Shown: positions 1 to 11,921, counted from the first letter of the stretch. The stretch is DNA of 64,000 nt from Octopus bimaculoides (GCF_001194135.2 NC_068992.1:57893789-57957788), one strand, 5' to 3'. Notes: generated by a model not told the origin, from the letters alone. Made by a program: numbers and translations.

Positions 1-1225
1 ACAGTCCGAAGCCCTTCCTTTTGCCAACCCTCACCTGTTTCCAAGCAAGGCTATATTTCTCCATGGCCAGACATGTTTTTCACAGAATATTGGCAATGAA
101 GGGCATCACCTGTGTGATAGTAATGGTTGTGGAATTGCTTGAGCTAAAGTCTCTTTTCTTAGAGATTTTATCTCTGACAATTCTACAGCATCATGGCTTC
201 TAAAAATGTATATATATTTAGCATGATATACAAATGGCAATTCTAATTTAATGCTTTTTTCAGTTGCATACATCAAGTTTTTCTACAGTCTGGTAAGCTT
301 CTGCAATACCAGTGAATGCTTTATTTACTTCTTCCTGAATATCAAGACATAAATTTTGTTTAAGCAGGTAGCAATCAATGGCAAAACGAGTCTCATATTC
401 ATATCCTTTGTAGCAATAATGTTTCTCCTGCTCTGATATACATATATATATATATATAACATCATCATCATTTAACATCTGCTTTCATGCTGGTATGGGT
501 TGGATAGTTTGACAGGAACTGGCTAGGCAGAAGACTGCACCATGCTTCACTGTCTGTTTTGACATGGTTTTTACGGCTGGATACCCTTCTTAACACCAAC
601 CACTAATTGGTGTTAAAGAGGGTGTTGAGCTTGACATAGCCCTGCAACTTACTGGTTCCCTGTTAAACTGTCCTGTCCATGCCAGCATGGAAAGAACATG
701 TTAAATGATGATGATGATCATCATCATCCGCTTTCCATGCTAGCATGGGTTGGACAATTTGACTGAGGACTGTTGAAACCAGATGGCTGCACCAGGCTCC
801 AATCTGATCTGGCAGAGTTTCTACAGCAGGATGTCCTTCCTAATGCCAACCACTCTGAGAGTGTAGTGGGTGCTTTTACGTGACACCGGCACGAGGGACA
901 GTCAGGCGGTACTGGCAACATCCATGCTCAAATGGTGTTTTTTACGTGAATGATATATATTTAAAATCAGGTTTTTAACACAAATCTGTGAAGAGATTTC
1001 ATCTCAGACAATTCTGCAACATCATGCCTTATAATGGTGTACATACATCTAGTATGATATACAGATGGCAACTTTAATTTAATGCTGTTTCATTTGTGTA
1101 CACTGAATATATCAAAAGTATTTTTCTCCTTTCCTTAAAATATTTGTTTTTGACTCAGGTTCATTTTGCAGTATTTGATCCTAATATTCATTCTCGCTCT
1201 TTTCCCTTTATTTTACATTTTCTAG

Positions 1226-1603
1226 GAAATGGATGGTGTTAGCGTATATCAGACGTGTTTCCCAGAATTATTAGCACAGTACACTGGTGGGCTTTTGTCC
1301 AATGCCTTACTGTTTCCACTGGAAACTGTACTTCACCGACTTTATCTTCAAGGAACTCGGACAATTATTGACAATACAGACAATGGGCTTGGAGTTATCC
1401 CCATCAATACCAAATACGAAGGTGTTATTGACTGTTTTAAAAGTATTTTCTTTGAGGAAGGCGTGTTTGGATTTTACAAAGGCGTTGGAGCATTAATTCT
1501 ACAATACGCTCTCCATGCTTTAATTTTGAAAGGAGCCTTCTTTCTGTTTAACACATTCACTAAAGATATGACGCCACAGCGGAAAGTACCAGCATCTCAA
1601 ACT
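1226..1603 (+). CDS. SLC25A46: Mitochondrial outer-membrane carrier-like protein SLC25A46, penultimate coding exon (upstream exons outside window)
   Basis: Polypyrimidine acceptor ttttacattttctag|GAA at 1225/1226 and donor ACT|gtaagt at 1603/1604; 378 nt, phase 0/0. Translation contains FPLETVLHRLYLQGTRTIIDNTD...YEGVIDCF...EEGVFGFYKGVGALILQY, matching the SLC25A46 C-terminal carrier repeat as I remember it. Confidence 0.93.
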
Positions 1604-2095
1604 GTAAGTACAATTTCTCTCATCAAACATAGCATCTCATTTGTAACCTATGTGGTGGTGGTCATCGTTCTTGTACAGCCTTTTCTAGTATACAAGGTGA
1701 GCATGTAGGGTAAACGATGACAATGAATAATTTTTTGTCATGTCTGAGATGCTAAATTCATAATGAAAAGAAGTTTGCTATTTAATTAAATCCCTCCAAA
1801 TTCTTAATTATTTTCAAAATCATTTACGATAAAGGCATTGTATTTCATTGGAAATATGGCCACAAGATGTTTGAATCATATTCTAATTTTTTACTATTGC
1901 TGATATTTGCTGTATTGAATTGTCAACGAGAGTCTCTATGTGGCTACTTGATATACTAGAAATAGCATATAGTTTGATCTCCAAATTTGCATCCTGTCTG
2001 TTTAAAAAAGAAAGGGCCTATATTTGACAATGTTGTCTAAACTATACCATGTTTGCTTTATATATGGCATAGAATAAGAATAGCCTGGGCATAGA

Positions 2096-2412
2096 ACAAG
2101 AATAGCCTGGGCAAAGTTTAGAGAGCTCTTACCCCTGCTGGCGACAAAGGGACTCTCACTCAGAGTAAAAGGCAGACTGTATGACGCATGCGTACGAACA
2201 ACCATGCTACATGGCAGTGAAACATGGGCTGTAACTGCTGAGGACATACGTAAGCTCGCAAGGAATGAAGCCAGTATGCTCCGTTGGATGTGTAATGTCA
2301 ATGTGAATACCCGTCAGAGTGTAAGTATCTTGAGAGAAAAGCTGAACATTAGAAGCATCAGTTGTGGCGTGCAAGAGAGCCGATTGCGCTGGTATGGACA
2401 TGTGGTGAGAAT
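2096..2412 (+). mobile_element. RTE-clade LINE ORF C-terminal fragment, running into a gap
   Basis: Open frame AWAKFRELLPLL...LYDACVRTTMLHGSETW...EASMLRWMCNV...QESRLRWYGHVVR; YGSETW-like and RLRWYGHV motifs are typical of RTE elements. Confidence 0.85.
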
Positions 2413-3157
2413 NNNNNNNNNNNNNNNNNNNNNNNNNNNNNNNNNNNNNNNNNNNNNNNNNNNNNNNNNNNNNNNNNNNNNNNNNNNNNNNNNNNNNNNN
2501 NNNNNNNNNNNNNNNNNNNNNNNNNNNNNNNNNNNNNNNNNNNNNNNNNNNNNNNNNNNNNNNNNNNNNNNNNNNNNNNNNNNNNNNNNNNNNNNNNNNN
2601 NNNNNNNNNNNNNNNNNNNNNNNNNNNNNNNNNNNNNNNNNNNNNNNNNNNNNNNNNNNNNNNNNNNNNNNNNNNNNNNNNNNNNNNNNNNNNNNNNNNN
2701 NNNNNNNNNNNNNNNNNNNNNNNNNNNNNNNNNNNNNNNNNNNNNNNNNNNNNNNNNNNNNNNNNNNNNNNNNNNNNNNNNNNNNNNNNNNNNNNNNNNN
2801 NNNNNNNNNNNNNNNNNNNNNNNNNNNNNNNNNNNNNNNNNNNNNNNNNNNNNNNNNNNNNNNNNNNNNNNNNNNNNNNNNNNNNNNNNNNNNNNNNNNN
2901 NNNNNNNNNNNNNNNNNNNNNNNNNNNNNNNNNNNNNNNNNNNNNNNNNNNNNNNNNNNNNNNNNNNNNNNNNNNNNNNNNNNNNNNNNNNNNNNNNNNN
3001 NNNNNNNNNNNNNNNNNNNNNNNNNNNNNNNNNNNNNNNNNNNNNNNNNNNNNNNNNNNNNNNNNNNNNNNNNNNNNNNNNNNNNNNNNNNNNNNNNNNN
3101 NNNNNNNNNNNNNNNNNNNNNNNNNNNNNNNNNNNNNNNNNNNNNNNNNNNNNNNNN

Positions 3158-3339
3158 GTATAAGGGATGACCACTAGGTGGACATCCAATATGCTAGAAA
3201 GAGGTCATCAACGACCCAATCACAAAGAAAAATAATGTTCTCCAGATTTTTCTGGAGAGCATTATTTTTCTTTGTGGTTGGGTCATTGATGACCTCTTTC
3301 TAGCATATTGGATGTCCACCCAGTGGTCATCCCTTATAC
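3158..3339. repeat. Long inverted repeat (89-bp arms, 4-nt spacer)
   Basis: 3158-3246 is the reverse complement of 3251-3339 with 4 differences. Confidence 0.95.
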
Positions 3340-4030
3340 ACATGTGTGTATAATGAACTGCTTCAGACTAGAATCCTTTTGTTGATCAGAGGTCAAACAA
3401 CTTCATCCCACCTTCCAGATCCTATTAAGAGTTATGTGGAGTTGGATGTTGATATTTGTCATCATCATCATCATCACTAACATTCATGTTTACATGCTTG
3501 CTTTGGTCAGACAGAATTCATTTCTATTGCTTGAACTCCTTCCTGTAGTCAACCCTTACTTGTTTCCAAGCAAGGTAATACTGAATTTTCTGGCATACAA
3601 GTCATTGTATATAGTGTAAACATTCAGACATCATCTCTGTTCTTCTAATTCCCGCTGCATTTTACATGGAATTTCTGGTCTTCCAAAGTCATCTTGCTAT
3701 ATAAATTGACCTACCTTTGTTTTTAGCCATGCTGGAAAGTAGTGTGTGCAATCAATATTGAACTTCTATGTATATACCTATATCATCTAGGCTATTTGTT
3801 GTGATATTCATGGCGTGAGTAAAAATATTGTATTTTCTTGCATACAAGTCAATGTTGTATATATAGCATAACTATCTTTTCAAATCCTGCTGTATTTCAC
3901 AAGGAATCTTTGCTTCCCCCAAAGTCATCTTTGTGTATAAGTTGACCTACTATTTTGGGTTGTAAATTTTTCTCTGAAAATTTCAACTTGTATTCTGGAA
4001 AATACTGTGAGTGGAATCAATGCTATATTT

Positions 4031-4270
4031 CTGGGGTTCTCAACTGGGGGGTCTGTATAAAATTTTGTTGTTGAAATCTATGTGCAATAAATTTGTTGTA
4101 CTTCTACAGTACACAAAATATTTTAAACAATTTTTTTATACAATTCCTAATAATATTTAATTATAAAACTATAATAGGATTTTTTAAAACATCAAATCGA
4201 TAGGTGGGTCCATCTAAGTAAAATAGAAATTTAAGGGGTCCATAGTTAAAAATATGGTTGAGAAACACTG
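4031..4270. mobile_element. hAT (Charlie-like) MITE
   Basis: Ends CTGGGGTTCTCAAC ... GTTGAGAAACACTG; the right flank ATCTAGAT fits the NTCTAGAN target preference of hAT-Charlie elements. Confidence 0.6.
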
Positions 4271-5128
4271 ATCTAGATTACTTGTGATATCCATGGTGTG
4301 AGTAAAGATATTGTATTTTCTGACATACAAGTCGACATTGTATATAGTGTAGACATTCAAACATTGTCACTATCTTTCCAAATCCTGCTCTGTTTTACAT
4401 GGAATTTTTGGTTCTCCGAAGTTTCTTGGTGTGTAAGTTGACCAACTTATTTTTGGCTGTGTAACTTGGTCTGATAAAGTTGACTTTGTATGCTGGAAAA
4501 TACGGTACTTGCTCATGGCCAGACATGTTTCCATGGGGAATAGGAAACAGAGGATACCGCTAGAATGACTATCATGTGATGTCAATATCCTAATTACTAT
4601 TCTTCATCTCCTCCTTCTCCCTGACCCACTCCCATTACCTTCATTTCTCCTTCCCCAAACTGATATTCACTGCATCCAACTCCATCCCCATCTCAAATCA
4701 CATCATAGTTTCACAAACTTACCTGCTCACCCACCCCTCTCCATTTCCTCTGTTCTTAGTCGTTCTTACATTCACCTTGTACCATGAGGGTATGCTCCCT
4801 TCATCTCTCTTTCCAGCTGGTGAAGCCTAATTCTCCTCTGCAGCAAGAGACCTGTTGCAGTCCCTCCATCATATTTTCACTTCTTCCAATACTACACTCT
4901 ACTCAGTTGAGGAGGTCTTGTCTTGTGAGTACTTGGGGATCTTGTTAATGCCAGTGCCACAAAAAATAAAAAAGCATCCAGTACACTGGTCAGTGATTGG
5001 AAGGGCATCCAGTTGTAGAAGCTGTGCCAAAGGAGAGATATTGGAGCTTGGTGCAGCACATTAGGTCGATGGTTCCTGTCAAACCATCCAACATATGCCA
5101 GCATGGGAAAACAGATATTAAACAATGA

Positions 5129-5169
<41 letters not shown>

Positions 5170-6139
5170 NNNNNNNNNNNNNNNNNNNNNNNNNNNNNNN
5201 NNNNNNNNNNNNNNNNNNNNNNNNNNNNNNNNNNNNNNNNNNNNNNNNNNNNNNNNNNNNNNNNNNNNNNNNNNNNNNNNNNNNNNNNNNNNNNNNNNNN
5301 NNNNNNNNNNNNNNNNNNNNNNNNNNNNNNNNNNNNNNNNNNNNNNNNNNNNNNNNNNNNNNNNNNNNNNNNNNNNNNNNNNNNNNNNNNNNNNNNNNNN
5401 NNNNNNNNNNNNNNNNNNNNNNNNNNNNNNNNNNNNNNNNNNNNNNNNNNNNNNNNNNNNNNNNNNNNNNNNNNNNNNNNNNNNNNNNNNNNNNNNNNNN
5501 NNNNNNNNNNNNNNNNNNNNNNNNNNNNNNNNNNNNNTATATATATATATATATAGGCTTCTCTCAGTTATCTGTCTACCACGCAGGCTTTGGTTGGCTT
5601 GGGGCCACAGTAGAAGACACTTGCTCAAAGTGCTACGCAATGGAACTGAACTCAAAACCAAGTAATTGGGAAACAAACTTCTTAACCACACAGCCATACC
5701 GGCACCTAAATGTCTTAACTCTTTAATTGTGAAATTAAGTTTCATGGTTATTCCAGTAATGCTGTTAAAATATCTATGAAAAAATAGAATTGGTATTTTC
5801 TGCAAGTCATGTTGTTTCAATAAACTTGACATATCTCAACAGAAATTGCTTTCCAACATGGCATTCCTCAGTAAAAGATAGATTGGTATATATAATTGCT
5901 TTCCACAGTTAAGAGTAATGAAATTTTGAATGGATATATCAAAAGTTTTAACTAATCATTTTACACCAAGCAAAACTGATAAAAGGATACAAAGAACTAA
6001 CTTCAGAACCTGTTATTTCATGTTATAAATACGGCCAAATATTGACCAATTAATTAGGATTCCATTTTTTAATTTTCTTTTCTTGTTTTTTAACCAATTT
6101 AAATAAAGAATTTCAACATTGTTTTATTTTCTTTTTCAG

Positions 6140-6181
6140 CCGGCAGAAGATTTTAATCCATTCCAGCCTCGTTACAATTAA
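6140..6181 (+). CDS. SLC25A46: Probable terminal coding exon of SLC25A46 (PAEDFNPFQPRYN*)
   Basis: Strong acceptor gttttattttctttttcag|CCG, phase 0 compatible with the donor at 1603. Gives 13 codons plus TAA, followed by AATAAA at 6393. No homology support for the peptide itself. Confidence 0.65.
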   Translation, partial: PAEDFNPFQPRYN

Positions 6182-6392
6182 CTCTGTGATTTCCCAGAAC
6201 CAAAAAAAAAATTCACTATGAATGCAAAATTGTTTTCCTGTTAAACTGGAAACTACTCCCCAAAATAGTACTTTTTACACGGATCTCAATAATAGATCTA
6301 TGGATTTTTCTCTCTTGTTGATTAAATAACTTTCCAAAAATAATTTTACAAGGCAAGAAACAAAAATGACATATGTAAAGTTATTGTGCAAC

Positions 6393-6398
6393 AATAAA
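6393..6398 (+). terminator. Candidate polyadenylation signal of SLC25A46
   Basis: AATAAA about 210 nt after the predicted stop, followed by T-rich sequence. Confidence 0.5.
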
Positions 6399-6834
6399 TT
6401 ATTTATACTGAAAAAAAATTGTTATTAAATAATATTTTTTTCCATGGCTTATTTTTCTGCACATTTTTTTACATTACATTTGATTTTTTTCATCTTTTTT
6501 CTTAATGCTCCACCCACCTTGTTTTTTTTTTTTTATATATGTATTATCATCTGTTGTTTCCTCCTTTATGATCCACTTCTATTTTCACTATTCACATAAT
6601 TCAGTTCTGTTGTCACCTCTATCATTTGTCTATCTCTCCTTTCACACTTTTGCAAACCTGGCTATGGATACATCTGGCCATCCTTGATTCTCTGTCCACC
6701 TTCTTATTCCTTGAAGGTATGCTCAGAAACCACAACACCAAGATGGTGGCCTTTGATCAAAGGTCTGTTTGGTGATGAAGGTCCAACTAAGACGAAATAA
6801 CAACAACAACATTAGATTTGTAGAAAAAATATTT

Positions 6835-6947
6835 TTAATCATCACTAAATGTTATTTTTTTACCTTGAAATGCAGTTACACCTGATATTTCTAGTTTTCT
6901 TTTACGACTGGCTTCCCAAGAAGGGTGTAACTTTTTACTGGAAACAC
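6835..6947 (-). CDS. SRFBP1: SRFBP1 terminal coding exon with BUD22 C-terminal motif ([13 protein letters not shown]...[13 protein letters not shown])
   Basis: Acceptor ttacttgcag|GT, phase 1, TAA at 6837-6835. LHPSWEAS...FQGKKITF is the hallmark C-terminus of SRFBP1/Bud22. The seven exons total 1797 nt in one open frame. Confidence 0.95.
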
Positions 6948-7189
6948 CTGCAAGTAATTTTACGAAAACAGAAATTAATCTTTTCTTGATTGTAAGTTAT
7001 TGCAGAATTGTAGACAACACATAGTTGGTGCAGGCATGGCTGTGTGGTGAGAAGTTTGCTTCCCAATCACATGGTTCTGAGTTAAGTCCCACTGTGTGGC
7101 ACCTTGAGCAAGCATCTTCTATTATAGCCTTAGGCCTACCAGAGCTTTGTGAGTGGATATGGGAGATGGAAACTGAAAGAAGGCCATCA

Positions 7190-7234
<45 letters not shown>

Positions 7235-7394
7235 TGTATTTGGTTTGCAAGATTCTTGATTTGAATTCGTGTAGTGGAGTAACTAACCCAATAACAGCAA
7301 AGGACTGAACCAGTGCATATTTATTATTATTACTGGCATAATGCCCCTCCCAAGGTTCAATAGTATGTATGCGACGTGCAACCAAGAGAATACC

Positions 7395-7515
7395 CTCCAT
7401 CAGGCATTTGCCATATTCTGAACACCTTACTTCCCTGGGTATGGATACATTGAAACTCCGACGTCTGGCGGCTGACTTGGCAGACGCCCATAAAATTATT
7501 AACCATCTTACTTGA
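7395..7515 (+). mobile_element. CR1-like LINE 3' coding fragment
   Basis: Translates IRHLPYSEHLTSLGMDTLKLRRLAADLADAHKII, like the CR1 motif LSYEERL..LGL.SL..RRLRGDLI..YKI. Confidence 0.65.
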
Positions 7516-7525
7516 CACAGCAGCC

Positions 7526-7690
7526 GTGGGCTGGAAGAGGCCTCATGGCAGGCCCTTTACCAGATGGCTGGACATGATTAAGGAAGATCTACAAAGACTC
7601 CATGTCTTCTTGGAGGATGCAGAGGGGCTGGCACAGAACACCAGCAACAGAGAGCCCTGGTGGATTTGGCTGGCTCTATGCATCATGATA
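7526..7690 (+). mobile_element. RTE-like LINE 3' coding fragment
   Basis: GWKRPHGRPFTRWLDMIKEDL...AQN resembles the RTE C-terminal motif KRPRGRP..RW.D.I..DL. Confidence 0.6.
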
Positions 7691-8106
7691 TCTCTGAGAC
7701 CACTAAACCCAGGATGACTCCAGCCCCATCAAGCAAGAGCATGAAGTGAAGCGAAGCGAGATACACATGCATTTATATACGATGGGCTTCTTTCAGTTTC
7801 CTTCTGCCAAAACCACCCACAAAGCTTTCGTCAACCAAAGGCAACAGCAGAAGACAACAGCCTGAGATGCTTCACGATGGGAATGAACACACAACCACTT
7901 TGTGGGGAAATGGACTTTTTAACTAAACATCCATACCTGTGCTTATAAACAAACAAACATAGAAAATCAAAGCAACTTGATTGGCTTCTCTCAGATTTCC
8001 TTCGCCGTGAAAGGAAACATCTCAAAGAGTGAAGCAGTGAATGAAAGATACAACAATGTCAGGTAAAAGTTCAAATCAAGGTGAGGAAGTAAAAACAAAA
8101 AATTAC

Positions 8107-8540
8107 CTTTGTTGCTTATTGTATTTGAGTTTCCTTTCTCAAATGACTTTCTTTCATGAAAATCTCTTTTGTTAGTAAAAGTATCATTGTTCATCTTGTT
8201 ATCATTTCTTCCAAGCTGTCTATTTCCGAAGTCTTCTCTTCCCCCTCGACCCCTTCCATTACCTGCGTCTTCTCTTCCCCCTCGACCCCTTCTGTATCCT
8301 GAGTCTCCTTCTCTTCCTCCTCCTCGACCCCTTCTTCCTTGGTTAAATCCTTCTTGATTATGTCTACCGTCTCTCCCTTGGCCTCGGCTATATCCTGCAC
8401 CTCTCCCTCTGTACCTTGCATTGTCTTGGTCTCCGTATGACGATGTTCCTCGCCCACCTCCGCCTCTTTTTCCATACTCAGAATAACTTGGTCGACCAAA
8501 CGCTGAGCCATAACCACTCCTGCCACGCCTGCCACCGAAT
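8107..8540 (-). CDS. SRFBP1: SRFBP1 coding exon 6 (RG/RGG-rich)
   Basis: Acceptor ttttactttcag|A, donor AAAG|gtaatt; 434 nt, phase 2 to 1, fitting both neighbouring exons. Corresponds to ORF 7991..8557. Confidence 0.87.
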
Positions 8541-9159
8541 CTGAAAGTAAAACACATTTGATATTATAAATACATGCATATATTCTTTTACTTGTTTCAG
8601 TCATTAAGACTGCGGCCATGCTGGGGCACTCCTTTGAAGAAGTTTAGTCGAATGAATCAACCCCAGTGCTTTTATTCTGTCATTCTCTTTGGCTGAACTG
8701 CTAACTTATGGAAATGTAAAAACACCAACACCAGTGGGGGACAAACAGACACACACATATATGATAGGTTTCTCTCAGTTTCCATCTACCAAATCCACCC
8801 ACAAGGCTTTGGTCAGCCCAAGGCTATAGTAGAAGACACTTGCTCAAGTGACTGAACCCAGAACCATGTGGTTGGGAAGCAAGTTTCTTGCCACACAGCC
8901 ACACCTTTGCCTATATAATATACAGTATATACACTATATATATCATCATCATCATCATCGTTTAACGTCCGCTTTCCATGCTAGCATGGGTTGGACGATT
9001 TGACTGAAGACTGGTGGACCAGGAGGCGACACCAGGCTCCAATCTGATTTGGCAGAGTTTCTACAGCTGGATGCCCTTCCTAACGCCAACCACTCCGCGA
9101 GTGTAGTGGGTGCTTTTACGTGCCACCGGCACGAGGGCCAGTCAGGCGATACTGGTGTG

Positions 9160-9201
<42 letters not shown>

Positions 9202-10022
9202 ATCAGCACAGCATCATCATCATCATCTCTTAACATCTACTTTTCTATGCTTGCATGGGTCAGACAAAATTTGCTGAGGTAGACTTTTCTGTGACCAAAT
9301 GTTCTTCTTGTCACCAACCTTCACTGTGTTTAACCGTTATTTATTAAACCCACTGATTACATTTTAAATTATAACATTTAAATACAAAGAAACAGAAAAA
9401 GAAAAGGAGAAAAAAAAAGAGGGATTTAACCCTTTAGCATTCAGATTATTCTGTTAAATGGAATCCTTATTTATTCACATTATTTTGAATTGCTCATGGA
9501 TTTACCTTGTAACTTTCAGATTGCTCTGGTGCGACTGTTTGTGTTTAGAATGACATTGTAGGGTAAGTATGATATGCCAGATCTGGCCAGTTTGAACATA
9601 AAACAGGAAGAATATTTGGTCCAGATATAGCTGGTTTAGTCCAAGCCAGTGAGAAAGAGAGCCTCTCTATAGTCATTCAATGTTAAATACAGTAGACGAA
9701 TCTCTCTCCAATGACATCCATTTTAAAAAGATGAAAAAGATGGCCAGTCACATTGGATAAAGTAGGCCTTGAAGCACTAACAGAAATCATAGTTGTGGAT
9801 GCTTTGAGACTAAACAAATAGAAAACCAACAAAATATTTCTTTGCTGAGGGATGCAGCCATACCGGCCTTGTTTAAAATGTAATATTCTACTCATTGGCT
9901 TTACTGGCAACAAAAAGGAATGTCTCAAAATAGAAGATGTATCAGATGACAATTTCAAAGCTGCTCCTATACAAGTCAAATATTCTACTAACATGTTACT
10001 AACGAAATAAATGTATATTTAC

Positions 10023-10912
10023 CGTATTCCTTCTGTTGTTGAATCTATTGGGTCAGAGAGAGTCAGAAACATAGAATGGTTAGCAAATACTGGAGTGTCA
10101 TTGTCTTCATCTTGGAAATTTCTCGAAGAGTCTTCAGAGAAATCAGTTACATGTGATTCTGTGGCAAAAAGATCACGTTCTATCGTTTGATTGCCATCTG
10201 AAGAATTTGTCCCCAACAAATCATTGCTGACAGAATTTTGGCTGCCAAAAATATCATCGTTCCCAAAATCATCCAGATTAATTCTTTTTACAACCATTTG
10301 TTTTTTGTTTTTGTTTGTTGCGGCATCTTTTACATTTCCATTATTTGTGCTTTCTTTACATTGTTTGTTTTTTGATTTTACATCCAGTTTCGCTTTTTGC
10401 TTTGGTTTTACACTTGTCACCTGTGTATCTTTAGATTTTAATTCATTTTCCTCTTTACATTTCGATTTAACACCTGTCACCTGTTTGTCTTTCGATTTCA
10501 CACCTGCTTCTTTAACTTTTTTGATCTCTTTCACATTCGATTCAGATGGTATGTTTTCTTTAGGCTGCTTTGAAGAATCCTCGTTGCATTCTTGCATCAA
10601 AGTCTTACCCCCTGAGGCGACCTCCTCTTCCTCTTCCCCATCCTCCCCATCACCGTCACTTGCCATTTCATTAGCTTTTTCATCAAGGAAGTTGGATATC
10701 AAAGCTTTCTTTGCCCGAATATTTACTTTCTTTTCTGCTTTACTTTTAGTGTTTTTGTTCTTCTTAATCTGACGACCAGTACTTTGTGTCTGAAGGAAAG
10801 CAGCTAAAGACTTCCAATCCGGATGGTTTTCCCGGAATTCGGCTACAGACTTCTGGAGCTGGGATTCATTTGCGAAGCGTGCCAATGTTCGGCTCTCAAT
10901 AGTCTGAAATCC
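10023..10912 (-). CDS. SRFBP1: SRFBP1 coding exon 5 (large Lys/Glu/Asp-rich low-complexity exon)
   Basis: Acceptor ttggattgacag|GGA (an in-frame alternative AG lies 9 nt further in), donor CG|gtaaat; 890 nt open frame matching ORF 10019..10885. Starts with ESRTLARFAN, like human ERAIARLA. Confidence 0.9.
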
Positions 10913-11404
10913 CTGTCAATCCAAAAAAAAGAATATCATTTGTCTTAAGAAACTACATCATAAGAACTACAACTAACATTATCATTACTTGACATCCACT
11001 CTTCAATGCTAGCATGTGTCAGATGGAATTTGTTGAGGCAGATTTTCTATGGCTAGATACCTTTCTGTTGCCAACCTTCACCTATTTCCAAGCAAGATAA
11101 TATTTCCTTTTTGTCAGACATGTTTCTGAGGAAGATAGGAAATGAACACCATGGCTTGTGTGATGGTGAGGTACAATTATAACTATTGCACAATATCAAG
11201 ACAAGGAGAAACAAACACAAACACACACACACAATGGCCTTCTGTCAGTTTTCATCTACCAAATACTCTCACAAGGCTTTGATTGACCTGAGGCTATAGT
11301 AGAAGGTACTTGCTCAAGCTGCTACACAGTGTTTTTAAGCATACCATGTCCATAAGAGATGTTACCTCCAGACATATACAACAGTAAATTTGCTTTCAAT
11401 GATG

Positions 11405-11746
11405 TGTAAAGACCTTCTTCAGTCATGAATGACCATGGGATTGCACCTAGAAAGTTATCCTCCGAGGCTCAAGTCTGGACAAGGTTGTTTATGGAAGACC
11501 AGCAGTCGCCCATGCATACCGGTCTCCCCTCTCCACGCTACCGATGTTATCCAAGGGAAATGCAAAGGCTGATACAGTTTGACACCAGTGATGTCACAAC
11601 TCATTTCTACAGATGAGTGAACTGAAGTAATGTGAAATAAAGTGTCTTGCTCAAGAATACAACACACAACCCTGTCCGGGAAGTGAACTCACTACCTCAT
11701 GATTGTGGGGGCCTGACGCTTTAACCACTGAGCCATGGTCCTTCAC
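11405..11746 (-). mobile_element. SINE family D (tRNA-like head at the right end)
   Basis: Second near-complete copy at 59398-59718; partial copies at about 46680-46790 and 47390-47510. The minus-strand head TGGCTCAGTGGTTA...GTTCACTTCC has A/B-box character. Confidence 0.75.
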
Positions 11747-11921
11747 TTCAATGATATATTTACATTAAATATAATAATAGATGGCTATTTTTATAAATAT
11801 ATAAATATATATACATATACGGAAGACATAATAAACACTTTTAAATCTAAAAGCTAATGTTTAGTAATTTTAGCTAAAGTAAAAAATGTAAGCAGATGGA
11901 AAAGAAAAAGAGATGCCATAC

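Noticed and set aside
2204-3189. Long ORFs spanning N runs (also 4990-5832, 38420-39541, 56119-56680, 34837-35176)
   Set aside because: They are open only because N codons contain no stops.
8169-8619. Alternative-frame and antisense ORFs over SRFBP1 exon 6 (E/G-rich, P/L-rich)
   Set aside because: Only the RG-rich frame fits the splice phases of both neighbouring exons.
9049-9282. Recurring ORFs such as MAEFLQLDALPNANHS and RASFSFRLPNPLTRLWSAR
   Set aside because: Chance frames in multi-copy SINE-like repeats, not a gene family.
10191-10772. 193-aa plus-strand ORF
   Set aside because: Antisense shadow of the Lys/Glu-rich SRFBP1 exon 5; Phe/Ser/Leu-rich as expected.
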